From Burkholderiales bacterium (GTDB taxonomy: Bacteria; Pseudomonadota; Gammaproteobacteria; Burkholderiales; SG8-41), in the NCBI GenBank assembly GCA_022841375.1, contig JALHRQ010000013.1, positions 5,384 through 69,383 on the forward strand: a stretch of 64,000 bases of DNA, given 5' to 3'. Made by a program: the position numbers and the translations under genes. Shown here one piece after another: positions 29,837 through 38,718 of this stretch. The notes beneath the pieces are model-generated. The model did not search any database. It was given only the letters and a program-made list of their open reading frames with translations, and was not told where the DNA came from. Position 1 is the first letter of the stretch. Every line of letters begins with the position of its first letter.

Positions 29837-30403
29837 TCATGCGGATGCGCGTTTTTGCTTGAGAAAGGCATCGAACTCCCCCTGCTTGGCCGACAAGGTC
29901 TTCAGCCAGCGCTGGCCGCCGAAGGTAAAGCCGATCCAGTAACCGATTTCAACAATCTCGGCTTCATTGAACTCGCCTTTCAGCTGCGCCCACAACGCAT
30001 CGTCAGCCTGGTTGGGGTCGTACATGATGGCGTCGGCATAACGCAGCGCGATTTTTTCGCGAGCCGTAAACTTTTCGGATTTTTCGTATTGCATCAACTC
30101 GAACATCCGGTCATTCGCATCCCGCGCGGACCGCGCGGTTCCCTGATTGCTTCAGTAGCCGCATTCGATGGTGTGTGCGACGTACGCTCTCAGTAGTTCC
30201 TTGAGGTCGTGTTCGACAATGCCGGCGCCGTTGTCAAAAAGCATCTCGCGGGTGAGCGTGAATGAGCGCATGACATCCGGCTGGTGCGCACGGATCGCCT
30301 GGTTTTCGGGGCCCGGTCGCCCCGCGGCGACTGCGCTGTCCAGCCAGCCGCGGATCTGCGGGTCGGCAATGGTCTCGGGATCAACGTAACTCAAACGCGC
30401 CAT
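29837..30403 (-). CDS. AhpD/carboxymuconolactone decarboxylase-family protein, 188 aa with in-frame TGA at codon 84 (putative selenocysteine, CGYU)
   Basis: ORFs 30152..30667 and 29837..30106 are in one frame, separated only by TGA at 30152-30154; HTIECGY-U-SNQG forms CxxU; downstream REKIALRYADA..D..L...F.EAEIVEI is CMD-like; hairpin after the TGA. Confidence 0.78.
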
Positions 30404-30459
30404 CAGGGGCCTCCATGCTTTTGTTTGATCAATAGTGGGTTGGTATTGGAATGGGTGTT

Positions 30460-31176
30460 TTACCGCCGGGCTGAAACGTTCTCCGGGGTTTGTGCCAGCA
30501 GTCGCATCAGTTCGGCGGCGCCGCGACGGGCTTCGTCCCGGGTGGCGGCTTCTGCCGCTGCCGCATCGCGGTTGCGAATCGCCGACCAGATGGTCTTGAG
30601 CCCATCGATGGCTTCCTGCGGGCGGGTCGATGAGCGCTGCGGGTGGGTCATGCCGATGGCGCGCCATTGCCGGATGCGTGACTGCAATGTGGCGAGCATG
30701 GCGGGCAGCGAAGGGCTGCGCGAGCCGCTGACCAGAAGGTCATAAAATCGGTTCTTGCCTTCGAGGGCTCCCACGGCATCGCCGATTTCATAAGCTTTGA
30801 TGGCCTCGGTTGCGGCCTGATCCAGCAGGTGCAGGTTTTTGGCATCGGCTTTTTCGGCGAACGACCTTGCCGCAAGACCTTCAAGAACAGCGCGAATGGC
30901 ATACAGATCTTCAATTTCGTCTGTGCTGAGTTCGCGCACGATGGGCCCGCGGTTGGGGATCACCGTAATCAGGCCTTCGGATTCCAGTTGCCGCAGCGCT
31001 TCTCGGACAAGTGTTCGTGATACGCCCAGGCTGAGCGTCAGTTCCCGTTCCGTCAGCCGTTGGCCGGGACGGAACTGGCCCTTGATGATGGCCTCTCTTA
31101 TGGCGTGTTCAACCTGTTGGCGCAGCGGGGCTGCGTGTTTTGCGATTTCGAGCAGTGGCGTAGCGGGCATGGCCAT
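30460..31176 (-). CDS. GntR family transcriptional regulator (FCD domain)
   Basis: G.F.PGQRLTEREL..LGVSRT.VREALRQLE.EGL...PNRG; DLYAIRAVLEG. Confidence 0.93.
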   Translation of the reverse strand: MAMPATPLLEIAKHAAPLRQQVEHAIREAIIKGQFRPGQRLTERELTLSLGVSRTLVREALRQLESEGLITVIPNRGPIVRELSTDEIEDLYAIRAVLEGLAARSFAEKADAKNLHLLDQAATEAIKAYEIGDAVGALEGKNRFYDLLVSGSRSPSLPAMLATLQSRIRQWRAIGMTHPQRSSTRPQEAIDGLKTIWSAIRNRDAAAAEAATRDEARRGAAELMRLLAQTPENVSARR

Positions 31177-31189
31177 CGTCCATGGTTAT

Positions 31190-31210
31190 ATTGTCAGACA
31201 ATAAGACAAT
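31190..31210. promoter_or_regulatory. Putative GntR autoregulatory operator
   Basis: Palindrome ATTGTC-A-GACAAT plus an extra AGACAAT half-site, just upstream of the GntR start. Confidence 0.6.
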
Positions 31211-31353
31211 CTGTTGAGGATGGCAATAACCTGGTATCGGGAGTGATCGCAGAGATTCATTAAAACCACAGTAATTCATTGTTTATAAATGAAAAACGGA
31301 GCTTAAGGCACCATTTCAATATCCCCGGCCAGTGAACTAGCGCATGGCAGAGC

Positions 31354-31580
31354 TTAGACGTAACCAAGGAATTTCCACCAGGTCAGGGCAAACACGAGCA
31401 GAAGCGCATAACCGATGCCCGTCAGCCACAGACCAATCCGCGTGAACTGTTTGCTGGTGAAAGTCTCGGTGCCCAGACAGACCATGTTTTGCGGCGCGTT
31501 GATCGGCAGCGGTGCTGCAGTCAGCGAAGTGGCGCTGGCAACGCCGATATGAATCAGGATCAGGAACAGCGTCAGTCCAG
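31354..31580 (-). pseudogene. DASS/SLC13-type anion transporter, C-terminal remnant
   Basis: FLILIHIG.ASATSLTA joined directly to LPINAPQNMVCLGTETF...WWKFLGYV; N-terminal part missing and an internal deletion is apparent. Confidence 0.65.
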
Positions 31581-31632
31581 CAAGGCAGCGGGAGCGCAGT
31601 CCCCTTGAGGCCAAATCCGAAATCTCAGTGAT

Positions 31633-32139
31633 TTATTTTTGCGAACGATCACCGGAAGAATTCTGCAGCGCCATTCGCAGCCGTCGCAGCTTCGCGACGT
31701 CGAGTTTGTCCGAATCGCGTGTGGTTTCCTTGCTCTTGATCAGCCCGTCCAGGCTCAGCGTTGAAACCTTGCCGCCATTGAAGTCATGGTGTTCGAGGAA
31801 TTTCCGGAACGCATTGAATTTCAGGTCGTTTGCGACAAACAGGATGTCGATCGCAATATCGCCTTCGACCGCTGTCGAATAGCCCTTGTCCAGGCTTTCG
31901 ATCGCCAATCCCTGAAGCGCTTCCTGATTAAATGGAAGTTCCATGAGCGCCGCCCGGAGTTTCCTGTTGTTGCCGCGGCTCAACGGCAGCAGCAGATCGA
32001 TGTCCTTGGTGGCTCTCGGGAAACCATGAAACATCATGGCGGTTCCGCCAATGACGGCGTATTTGACGCCGTGATCGTTCAGCGCTTTCGCGAGCGCGCC
32101 AAGATCATCCGGTGTCGGTAACCGCCGCTCCGTCGTCAA
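31633..32139 (-). CDS. Nucleotidyltransferase (polbeta-like, DUF6036/AbiEii-like)
   Basis: YAVIGGTAM..HGFPRATKDIDLL, IDIL and LIKSK..R..DKLD. Confidence 0.8.
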   Translation of the reverse strand: MTTERRLPTPDDLGALAKALNDHGVKYAVIGGTAMMFHGFPRATKDIDLLLPLSRGNNRKLRAALMELPFNQEALQGLAIESLDKGYSTAVEGDIAIDILFVANDLKFNAFRKFLEHHDFNGGKVSTLSLDGLIKSKETTRDSDKLDVAKLRRLRMALQNSSGDRSQK

Positions 32140-32720
32140 GCGTTTGCCCGCGCGTGTCGAAGCGCGCGCTCCAGTTCAAGGTCTTCGTCGCGCTGGTTTT
32201 TTTCGGCCATCGATTTGAAATACAAAATACCGGGGCGAGCCGATTCCGGTGACAGGATGCTGTTGGCGCGCGCCTGCAGCCGCCCAAAGCGGGCGGCGAG
32301 GGCGCGACCACGCCGCTTCGCCGGCATCTGCAGCAGCGCCAGCGCTGCGTTGAGTTCGCGCTGATCCTGGTCGCCGTAACGGAGGCGGGCTTCGGGCAAT
32401 TCTTTGTTGCTGGCCGTCGATGCGCCCGCCCCGATAAACAAGGCGGAGAGCGGGCCGAGCAGCGGGTTGCCGCGGGGCGCACGGAACGTCGGATGTGAAT
32501 CCCCCTCGACGCGCTCGCATAAACCGACCAGAGCCAGTCGCTTCAGCAACTTGGATGCATTGCCGGGATCCACCTGAGCGGTGCTCGCCAGACGGCGCAG
32601 CGGTAGTGCGCGGTCTGGCTGCTCGTACAGGGTTCGAAGGATGCGATAGCGCTCGTCGCTTCCGAAAACTTCCCGCAGGATGGCGTCGGCGTTTATTTTC
32701 ATGATGTTGATTATAGGCAT
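32136..32720 (-). CDS. Winged-helix DNA-binding protein with a short C-terminal helical domain (antitoxin-like)
   Basis: VFGS..RYRIL..LY..P...LRRLA....VDPGNASKLLKRL..VGL; 4-bp overlap with the nucleotidyltransferase. Confidence 0.65.
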   Translation of the reverse strand: MPIINIMKINADAILREVFGSDERYRILRTLYEQPDRALPLRRLASTAQVDPGNASKLLKRLALVGLCERVEGDSHPTFRAPRGNPLLGPLSALFIGAGASTASNKELPEARLRYGDQDQRELNAALALLQMPAKRRGRALAARFGRLQARANSILSPESARPGILYFKSMAEKNQRDEDLELERALRHARANA

Positions 32721-32858
32721 TTATTGTTAAATTAACAACATAAAATCATAGTTGCTCCATTTCACCTTCTCGGTGAACGCCCGGCAGCCCGCTGTCGGCT
32801 TTTCCTGCCCATTTGTTATAGTTTCCGAAAATTCAATAACAAGACTCATCGTTAAAAG

Positions 32859-34988
32859 ATGAATCATCAAAACGCAGGGGAGGCGGCAGATCAGCCGTGG
32901 GCAGCGGCTGATCTGGTGTGGATACTGGGCAGTCTGTGCCAGATCCATCGTATTCCGTTTGATGCCGCGCTGGTGGCGCGGCAATATCCGCCGCCGCACT
33001 CGACGGCCACGTTTATTGATGCCGCGTCCGCGTTTGGCTTCAAGGTCGGCGCTTGTGATTCCTCGATGCATGGCGTTGCGGCACTGACGTTTCCACTGGT
33101 TGCGCAGATGCTCGAGCCGGCGGCTGGTGCCGGCGCGAGTCGTGATTCTGCAACTGCGGATCAATCCCGCAGGCTGGCGTTGATTCTCAGGGCCGATGAC
33201 CAGCGGCTGTTGTATTTTGCCGCCGGGAGCCATACGCCCGAGACCCTGCCGTCCACCGAATTTGCGCAGCGTTTTGAACCCTTGGTATGGCTGGTGACAC
33301 GCGAGCATGGGAATGGCGTGACGGATGATGAATCCGACGTGCGTGAGCCGGGAAACTTCGGTTTCCGATGGTTCATCCCCGAGTTGCTCAAGCACAAGAG
33401 CGTATGGCGTGACGTGCTGGCGGCTTCACTGGTGCTGCAACTGGTGGGACTGACCACGCCGCTGTTCACTCAGGTCATCATCGACAAAGTGGTGGTGCAC
33501 CAGACTGAAAGCACGCTGATCGCGATTGCCGGCGGGCTGGTCATGTTCCTGCTCTTCAATGCCTTTCTGACGTGGCTGCGGCAGTACTTCATTTTGCACA
33601 CCGGCAACCGTATCGACGCCGTGCTGGGCAGTTCGGTGTTCCGTCACATGATCCGTCTACATTTGCGCTATTTCGAACAACGGCCCACGGGCACGCTGAT
33701 CGCGCGGCTGCATGGCGTGGAAACCATCCGCCAGTTCATCAGCGGCGCTGCGGTCACGCTGTTTCTCGATCTGCCATTCCTGCTGGTATTTCTTGCGGTG
33801 ATGTTCTGGTACAGCTGGCAGTTGTCGCTGATTGCCGTTGCGACGGTGGCGCTGCTGTCCATCCTCAGCATCGTCGTCACGCCGCTGCTGCGCGAGCGTG
33901 TCAACGACCAGTTCCTCAAGGGCGCGCGCAACCAGGCTTTCCTGACCGAGTATGTGGCGGGCATGGAAACCGTCAAATCGCTGCAGATGGAACCGTACCT
34001 CGAAAAACGCTACGACGACCTGCTGGCCGATTACATGACCGCCGGTTTTCGCGCCCGGCAGCTGTCGAACACCACCAACACGCTCGCCAACGCCATTGAG
34101 CAGGCACAGACCCTGGCCATACTCTGCGTGGGTGCGCTGATTGTCATGCAGAACGACGGATTCACCATCGGCATGCTGGTGGCGTTCCAGATGTTCGCCA
34201 GCCGCATGGCACAGCCGATGCTGCGGCTGGCATCGCTGTGGCAGGAATTCCAGCAGGCGGATATCGCTGTTCGCCGCCTCGGTGATTTGATGGATGCGCC
34301 GGCGGAACCGTACGCTTTGCTGCCGTCACGCGCCGCGGGCGGTGCAGGGCGTATTGAAATCAAGAGCTTGTCGTTTCGCTACAGCGATAAACATCCTTAC
34401 CTGTACCGCAAGCTGAACCTGGCGCTGCAGCCCGGCCGGCTCACGGTGATTACCGGCCCCTCGGGCTGCGGTAAAAGCACGCTGGCCAAGCTGTTGCAGG
34501 GGTTTTATCCGCCGGAAGACGGCAGCATCGAAATTGACGGCCGCGACATCCGTCATCTTTCGGCCAATGAGTTGCGCCAGTGTTATGGCGTGGTGCCGCA
34601 GGAAACCATGCTGTTCGCCAACACGGTTTACGAAAATCTGGTGATGGCCAGCCCGCATGCCGGATTTGATGAGGTCATCCAGGCCTGCCGCATGGCGGAA
34701 ATCCATGACGTCATCGAAAAAATGCCGCAGGGGTATCAAACAGGACTGGGCGAACACGGGGTCGGGCTGTCGGGCGGGCAGAAACAGCGTCTGGCCATCG
34801 CCCGCGCGCTGCTCAAGCGCCCGAAGGTGCTGATTTTCGATGAGGCCACCAGCGGTCTGGATCAAGCCACCGCGGAGCAGTTTGCACAGACCATCAATCA
34901 GCTGAAGGGCAAGGTGACGATGCTGTTCATCGCGCACAACCTGCCGCATAACCTGCAAGTGGATGACGTTTTTACCCTGACTGGTTGA
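32859..34988 (+). CDS. Type I secretion / peptidase-domain-containing ABC transporter (HlyB-like)
   Basis: FGFRWF.PEL, TPLFTQVIIDKV, GPSGCGKSTL, LSGGQKQR and IFDEATS; degenerate N-terminal C39-like domain. Confidence 0.9.
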   Translation: MNHQNAGEAADQPWAAADLVWILGSLCQIHRIPFDAALVARQYPPPHSTATFIDAASAFGFKVGACDSSMHGVAALTFPLVAQMLEPAAGAGASRDSATADQSRRLALILRADDQRLLYFAAGSHTPETLPSTEFAQRFEPLVWLVTREHGNGVTDDESDVREPGNFGFRWFIPELLKHKSVWRDVLAASLVLQLVGLTTPLFTQVIIDKVVVHQTESTLIAIAGGLVMFLLFNAFLTWLRQYFILHTGNRIDAVLGSSVFRHMIRLHLRYFEQRPTGTLIARLHGVETIRQFISGAAVTLFLDLPFLLVFLAVMFWYSWQLSLIAVATVALLSILSIVVTPLLRERVNDQFLKGARNQAFLTEYVAGMETVKSLQMEPYLEKRYDDLLADYMTAGFRARQLSNTTNTLANAIEQAQTLAILCVGALIVMQNDGFTIGMLVAFQMFASRMAQPMLRLASLWQEFQQADIAVRRLGDLMDAPAEPYALLPSRAAGGAGRIEIKSLSFRYSDKHPYLYRKLNLALQPGRLTVITGPSGCGKSTLAKLLQGFYPPEDGSIEIDGRDIRHLSANELRQCYGVVPQETMLFANTVYENLVMASPHAGFDEVIQACRMAEIHDVIEKMPQGYQTGLGEHGVGLSGGQKQRLAIARALLKRPKVLIFDEATSGLDQATAEQFAQTINQLKGKVTMLFIAHNLPHNLQVDDVFTLTG

Positions 34989-35094
34989 AGTTGGTGTGCA
35001 GGCAGACAGACCGAAGATAAAGGGGCAGGAATGACGGGATTTACCGACTATGGAAATCACGTTTTGTTAAAATCGACCCTTTCGCCTGCGTCCA

Positions 35095-37119
35095 ATGGAA
35101 ATCGTCACCTTCCCCAACAGTCCGTTTCGCCTGCACCAGACGTTTGCGCCTGCCGGGGACCAGCCGGAGGCCATTAACAAGCTGACCGAGGGGCTGCGCG
35201 ACGGGCTGGTGCACCAGACGCTGCTCGGCGTCACCGGCTCCGGCAAGACCTACACCATGGCGCATGTCATCGGACGCATGGGTCGCCCGGCGCTGATCAT
35301 GGCGCCGAACAAGACGCTGGCGGCTCAGCTGTATGCGGAGATGCGCGAGTTCTATCCCGAGAATGCGGTGGAGTATTTCGTGTCTTATTACGATTACTAC
35401 CAGCCGGAGGCGTATGTGCCGTCGAAAGACCTGTTCATCGAAAAAGATTCAAACATCAACGAGCATATCGAACAGATGCGCCTGTCAGCGACAAAAGCGA
35501 TGCTGGAGCGGCCGGACGTCATCATCGTTGCCACGGTGTCGGCGATTTACGGTATCGGGGACCCGTCGGATTACCACGGCATGATCCTGCACCTCCGGGA
35601 GAACGAAAAGCTGCCGCAGCGCGATGCCATCAAGCGGCTGACCGAAATGCAGTACGACCGCAATGAGTTCGAATTCAAGCGTGGCGTGTTCCGCGTCCGC
35701 GGCGACGTGCTGGACATCTTTCCGGCGGAGAACTCGGAGACGGCGGTGCGGGTATCGCTGTTTGATGATGAAGTCGAAAGCATCCAGATCTTCGATCCGC
35801 TGACCGGTCACATCCTGCAGCGGGTGTCGCGCTTCACGGTCTATCCGTCCAGCCATTACGTGACGCCGCGCGCGACCACACTGCGCGCGATCGAGGCAAT
35901 CAAGATCGAGCTGCGCGAACGTATCGAGACCTTCACCAAAGAACACAAGCTGGTCGAAGCGCAGCGGATTGAGCAGCGTACCCGTTTCGATCTGGAAATG
36001 CTCAATGAAATGGGTTTCTGCAAGGGCATCGAGAACTATTCCCGCCACCTGTCCGGCCGCCAGCCGGGCGCGCCGCCGCCTACCCTGATCGATTACCTGC
36101 CGCCGGACGCATTGATGTTCATCGACGAGAGTCACGTGACCATTCCGCAAGTCGGTGGCATGTATAAAGGCGACCGCGCGCGCAAGGAAAATCTGGTCGG
36201 GTATGGATTTCGTCTGCCTTCGGCACTGGACAACCGGCCATTGCGTTTTGATGAATTCGAGAAATTCATGCGCCGGGTGGTGTTTGTGTCGGCAACCCCG
36301 TCGGAATACGAACGCACGCACCAGGGACAGGTGGTCGAGCAGGTGGTGCGGCCCACAGGGCTGGTTGACCCGCAGCTGGAGGTGCGGCCGGCGACGACGC
36401 AGGTCGATGACCTGCTGTCTGAAATCAATCTGCGGGTTGCTGCCGGCGAACGGGTGCTGGTAACAACGCTGACCAAACGCATGTCCGAGGATCTGACGGA
36501 CTATCTCGCCGAACACGGCATCAAGGTGCGTTACCTGCACTCCGACATTGACACCGTGGAGCGGGTTGAAATCATCCGCGACCTGCGGCTGGGTGAGTTT
36601 GATGTGCTGGTGGGCATCAATCTGCTGCGCGAGGGCCTGGATCTGCCGGAAGTGTCGTTGGTCGCCATTCTCGATGCCGACAAGGAAGGTTTCCTGCGTT
36701 CGGAGCGCTCACTGATCCAGACCATCGGCCGCGCGGCGCGGCATATCAACGGCAAGGCCATTCTTTATGCCGATCGCATCACCGAGTCGATGCGCAAGGC
36801 GATGGATGAAACCGACCGCCGCCGCACCAAACAGGTGGCGCATAACCTGGCGCATGGCATCACGCCGATCGGCGTCACCAAACGCATCAAGGACATCATC
36901 GACGGCGTTTACAACCAGGAAGGTGCACGCCTGGAGCTGAAGGCGGCGCAGAACCAGGCTCGTTACGATGCGATGGGCACCAAGGAAATGACCCGCGAAA
37001 TCAAGCGTGTTGAAAAAGACATGCTCGATGCCGCGCGTAACCTTGAGTTCGAGAAGGCTGCGCAATTGCGCGATGAGCTGCATGTGGTGAAACAGCGCTT
37101 GTTTATCGACGCGGCTTAG
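35095..37119 (+). CDS. uvrB: Excinuclease ABC subunit B
   Basis: [45 protein letters not shown] and C-terminal UVR domain. Confidence 0.98.
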   Translation: MEIVTFPNSPFRLHQTFAPAGDQPEAINKLTEGLRDGLVHQTLLGVTGSGKTYTMAHVIGRMGRPALIMAPNKTLAAQLYAEMREFYPENAVEYFVSYYDYYQPEAYVPSKDLFIEKDSNINEHIEQMRLSATKAMLERPDVIIVATVSAIYGIGDPSDYHGMILHLRENEKLPQRDAIKRLTEMQYDRNEFEFKRGVFRVRGDVLDIFPAENSETAVRVSLFDDEVESIQIFDPLTGHILQRVSRFTVYPSSHYVTPRATTLRAIEAIKIELRERIETFTKEHKLVEAQRIEQRTRFDLEMLNEMGFCKGIENYSRHLSGRQPGAPPPTLIDYLPPDALMFIDESHVTIPQVGGMYKGDRARKENLVGYGFRLPSALDNRPLRFDEFEKFMRRVVFVSATPSEYERTHQGQVVEQVVRPTGLVDPQLEVRPATTQVDDLLSEINLRVAAGERVLVTTLTKRMSEDLTDYLAEHGIKVRYLHSDIDTVERVEIIRDLRLGEFDVLVGINLLREGLDLPEVSLVAILDADKEGFLRSERSLIQTIGRAARHINGKAILYADRITESMRKAMDETDRRRTKQVAHNLAHGITPIGVTKRIKDIIDGVYNQEGARLELKAAQNQARYDAMGTKEMTREIKRVEKDMLDAARNLEFEKAAQLRDELHVVKQRLFIDAA

Positions 37120-37598
37120 TGGCGATGGCGACCCGGGTGTTGTTTGTTTGCATGGGCAACATCTGCCGTTCGCCCACGGCGGAGGGCGTGTTCAAGCGTT
37201 TTGTTGCCGATGACGGATTGAGCAAACAGATCGAGTCCGATTCGGCTGGCACGAATGATTACCATATTGGTGAGCCGCCGGATTCGCGGTCACAGGCTGC
37301 CGCCAAACGTCGGGGTTACGATCTGAGTGCACTTCGGGCGCGCCAGGTCGCACTGGATGACTTCGCCGATTTTGATTACGTACTGGCGATGGACGAAGTG
37401 AACCACGCGGCCTTGCGCAGGCTATGCCCGGCGCAATATCGCGAGCGCGTGAAACTGTTTCTGGAGTTCTCGCCGGAAGCCGGCCGTCGTGATGTACCCG
37501 ATCCCTACTATGGCGGGGCGCAGGGCTTTGAAGAGGTGCTGGATCTAGTTGAGTTGGCCGCGCAGGGGCTGCTCAGACATATCGCCGGGCCGCGTTGA
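37119..37598 (+). CDS. Low-molecular-weight protein-tyrosine phosphatase
   Basis: VCMGNICRSP, DSAGT and VPDPYYG. Confidence 0.93.
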   Translation: MAMATRVLFVCMGNICRSPTAEGVFKRFVADDGLSKQIESDSAGTNDYHIGEPPDSRSQAAAKRRGYDLSALRARQVALDDFADFDYVLAMDEVNHAALRRLCPAQYRERVKLFLEFSPEAGRRDVPDPYYGGAQGFEEVLDLVELAAQGLLRHIAGPR

Positions 37599-37624
37599 GC
37601 GCCGCCGCGGCGATACGTTGTTAA

Positions 37625-38599
37625 TCATTCCAGCTTGATGTTCGCGGTCTTGATGACTTTCACCCAGTTGTCATACTCCTCGCGCATGAATTTGCCCAGT
37701 GCCTCAGGAGTGCCGGGGGCTGGTTCTGCGCCCTGGCTCGACAGCCGCTTGGCCATCTCGGGTTCGGACAGCGCTTTGACGGATTCGGCGTTGATCTTGG
37801 CGATGATGTCCCTGGGCAGTGCAGCCTGACCCATCAGCGCGTACCAGGTGGTGTACTGAAAGCCATTCACGCCGGACTCGGCAACGGTCGGAATATCCGG
37901 TATCGCGGGTGAACGCTTGGCGCTGCCGACGGCGATGCCGCGCATGCGTCCGGCCTGCATCTGCGCGAGAACGGTGGGGATGCTGTTGAACATGACGGTA
38001 ATCTGACCGGATATCAAATCGGTCATTGCAGGCGCTGTGCCTTTGTATGGCACATGCAGCATGTTGGTGCCAGTCATCGACTTCAGCAATTCCATGCCCA
38101 TGTGTTGGGGACTGCCGGGACCGACCGAACCGTAGTTGATCTGGCCCGGCTTGCTCTTCGCGAGTTTTATCAAGTCCTGAATGGATCGAACCGGGAGTGA
38201 AGGGTGGACGACGAGCACCTGAGGATTGATCACGGTAAGCACAATGGGCGCCAGATCCGTGAATACGTTGTAGGGCAGTTTCTGCAGTGCAGGTGCTAGT
38301 GCCAGCGAGCCTGAGGTGCCGAACAGCAGGGTGTAGCCGTCGGCGGGTGCGCGCAGCACGGTTTCAACGCCGATGACGCCACCGGCGCCGGGGCGGTTTT
38401 CGACGATGATCTGCTGTTTCCAGGCTTCGGTCAGTTTTTGTCCCAAGGCGCGGCCGACAAAATCAGTCGGTCCGCCCGGCGGGAAATGAATGACCATGCG
38501 TATGGAACGGGAAGGATAGTTCTGCGCGGTTTGTGCGCCGGCGAGCGTCGCGCAGGCCATCAGTGCCCCGGCGATGCCGCATTGAATGATTTTCCTCAC
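37625..38599 (-). CDS. Bug/TctC tripartite tricarboxylate transporter substrate-binding protein
   Basis: YP.R.I...F.PGG.TD, ENRPGAGG, DGYTLL and HVPYKG. Confidence 0.93.
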   Translation of the reverse strand: MRKIIQCGIAGALMACATLAGAQTAQNYPSRSIRMVIHFPPGGPTDFVGRALGQKLTEAWKQQIIVENRPGAGGVIGVETVLRAPADGYTLLFGTSGSLALAPALQKLPYNVFTDLAPIVLTVINPQVLVVHPSLPVRSIQDLIKLAKSKPGQINYGSVGPGSPQHMGMELLKSMTGTNMLHVPYKGTAPAMTDLISGQITVMFNSIPTVLAQMQAGRMRGIAVGSAKRSPAIPDIPTVAESGVNGFQYTTWYALMGQAALPRDIIAKINAESVKALSEPEMAKRLSSQGAEPAPGTPEALGKFMREEYDNWVKVIKTANIKLE

Positions 38600-38718
38600 G
38601 ATTTCTCCTCTCGTTTTGTGCAGTCCGTATTGTCGAATCTATCACGAGACCGGTTTGACCCGGACAGATGCAGCGGCTATCTTCGCTCGACCTTATTTTA
38701 TTCAACAGAGTCCATTAA

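Noticed and set aside
29837-30667. Two separate small genes, or a nonsense pseudogene, as listed in the ORF track
   Set aside because: Same frame, TGA at the catalytic Cys position and a SECIS-like hairpin make Sec readthrough more likely; a pseudogene is not fully excluded
32859-34988. ABC transporter as the exporter/protease for the CbpA-like peptide
   Set aside because: It lies beyond the putative att boundary, has no recognisable catalytic C39 motif, and the peptide has no double-glycine leader
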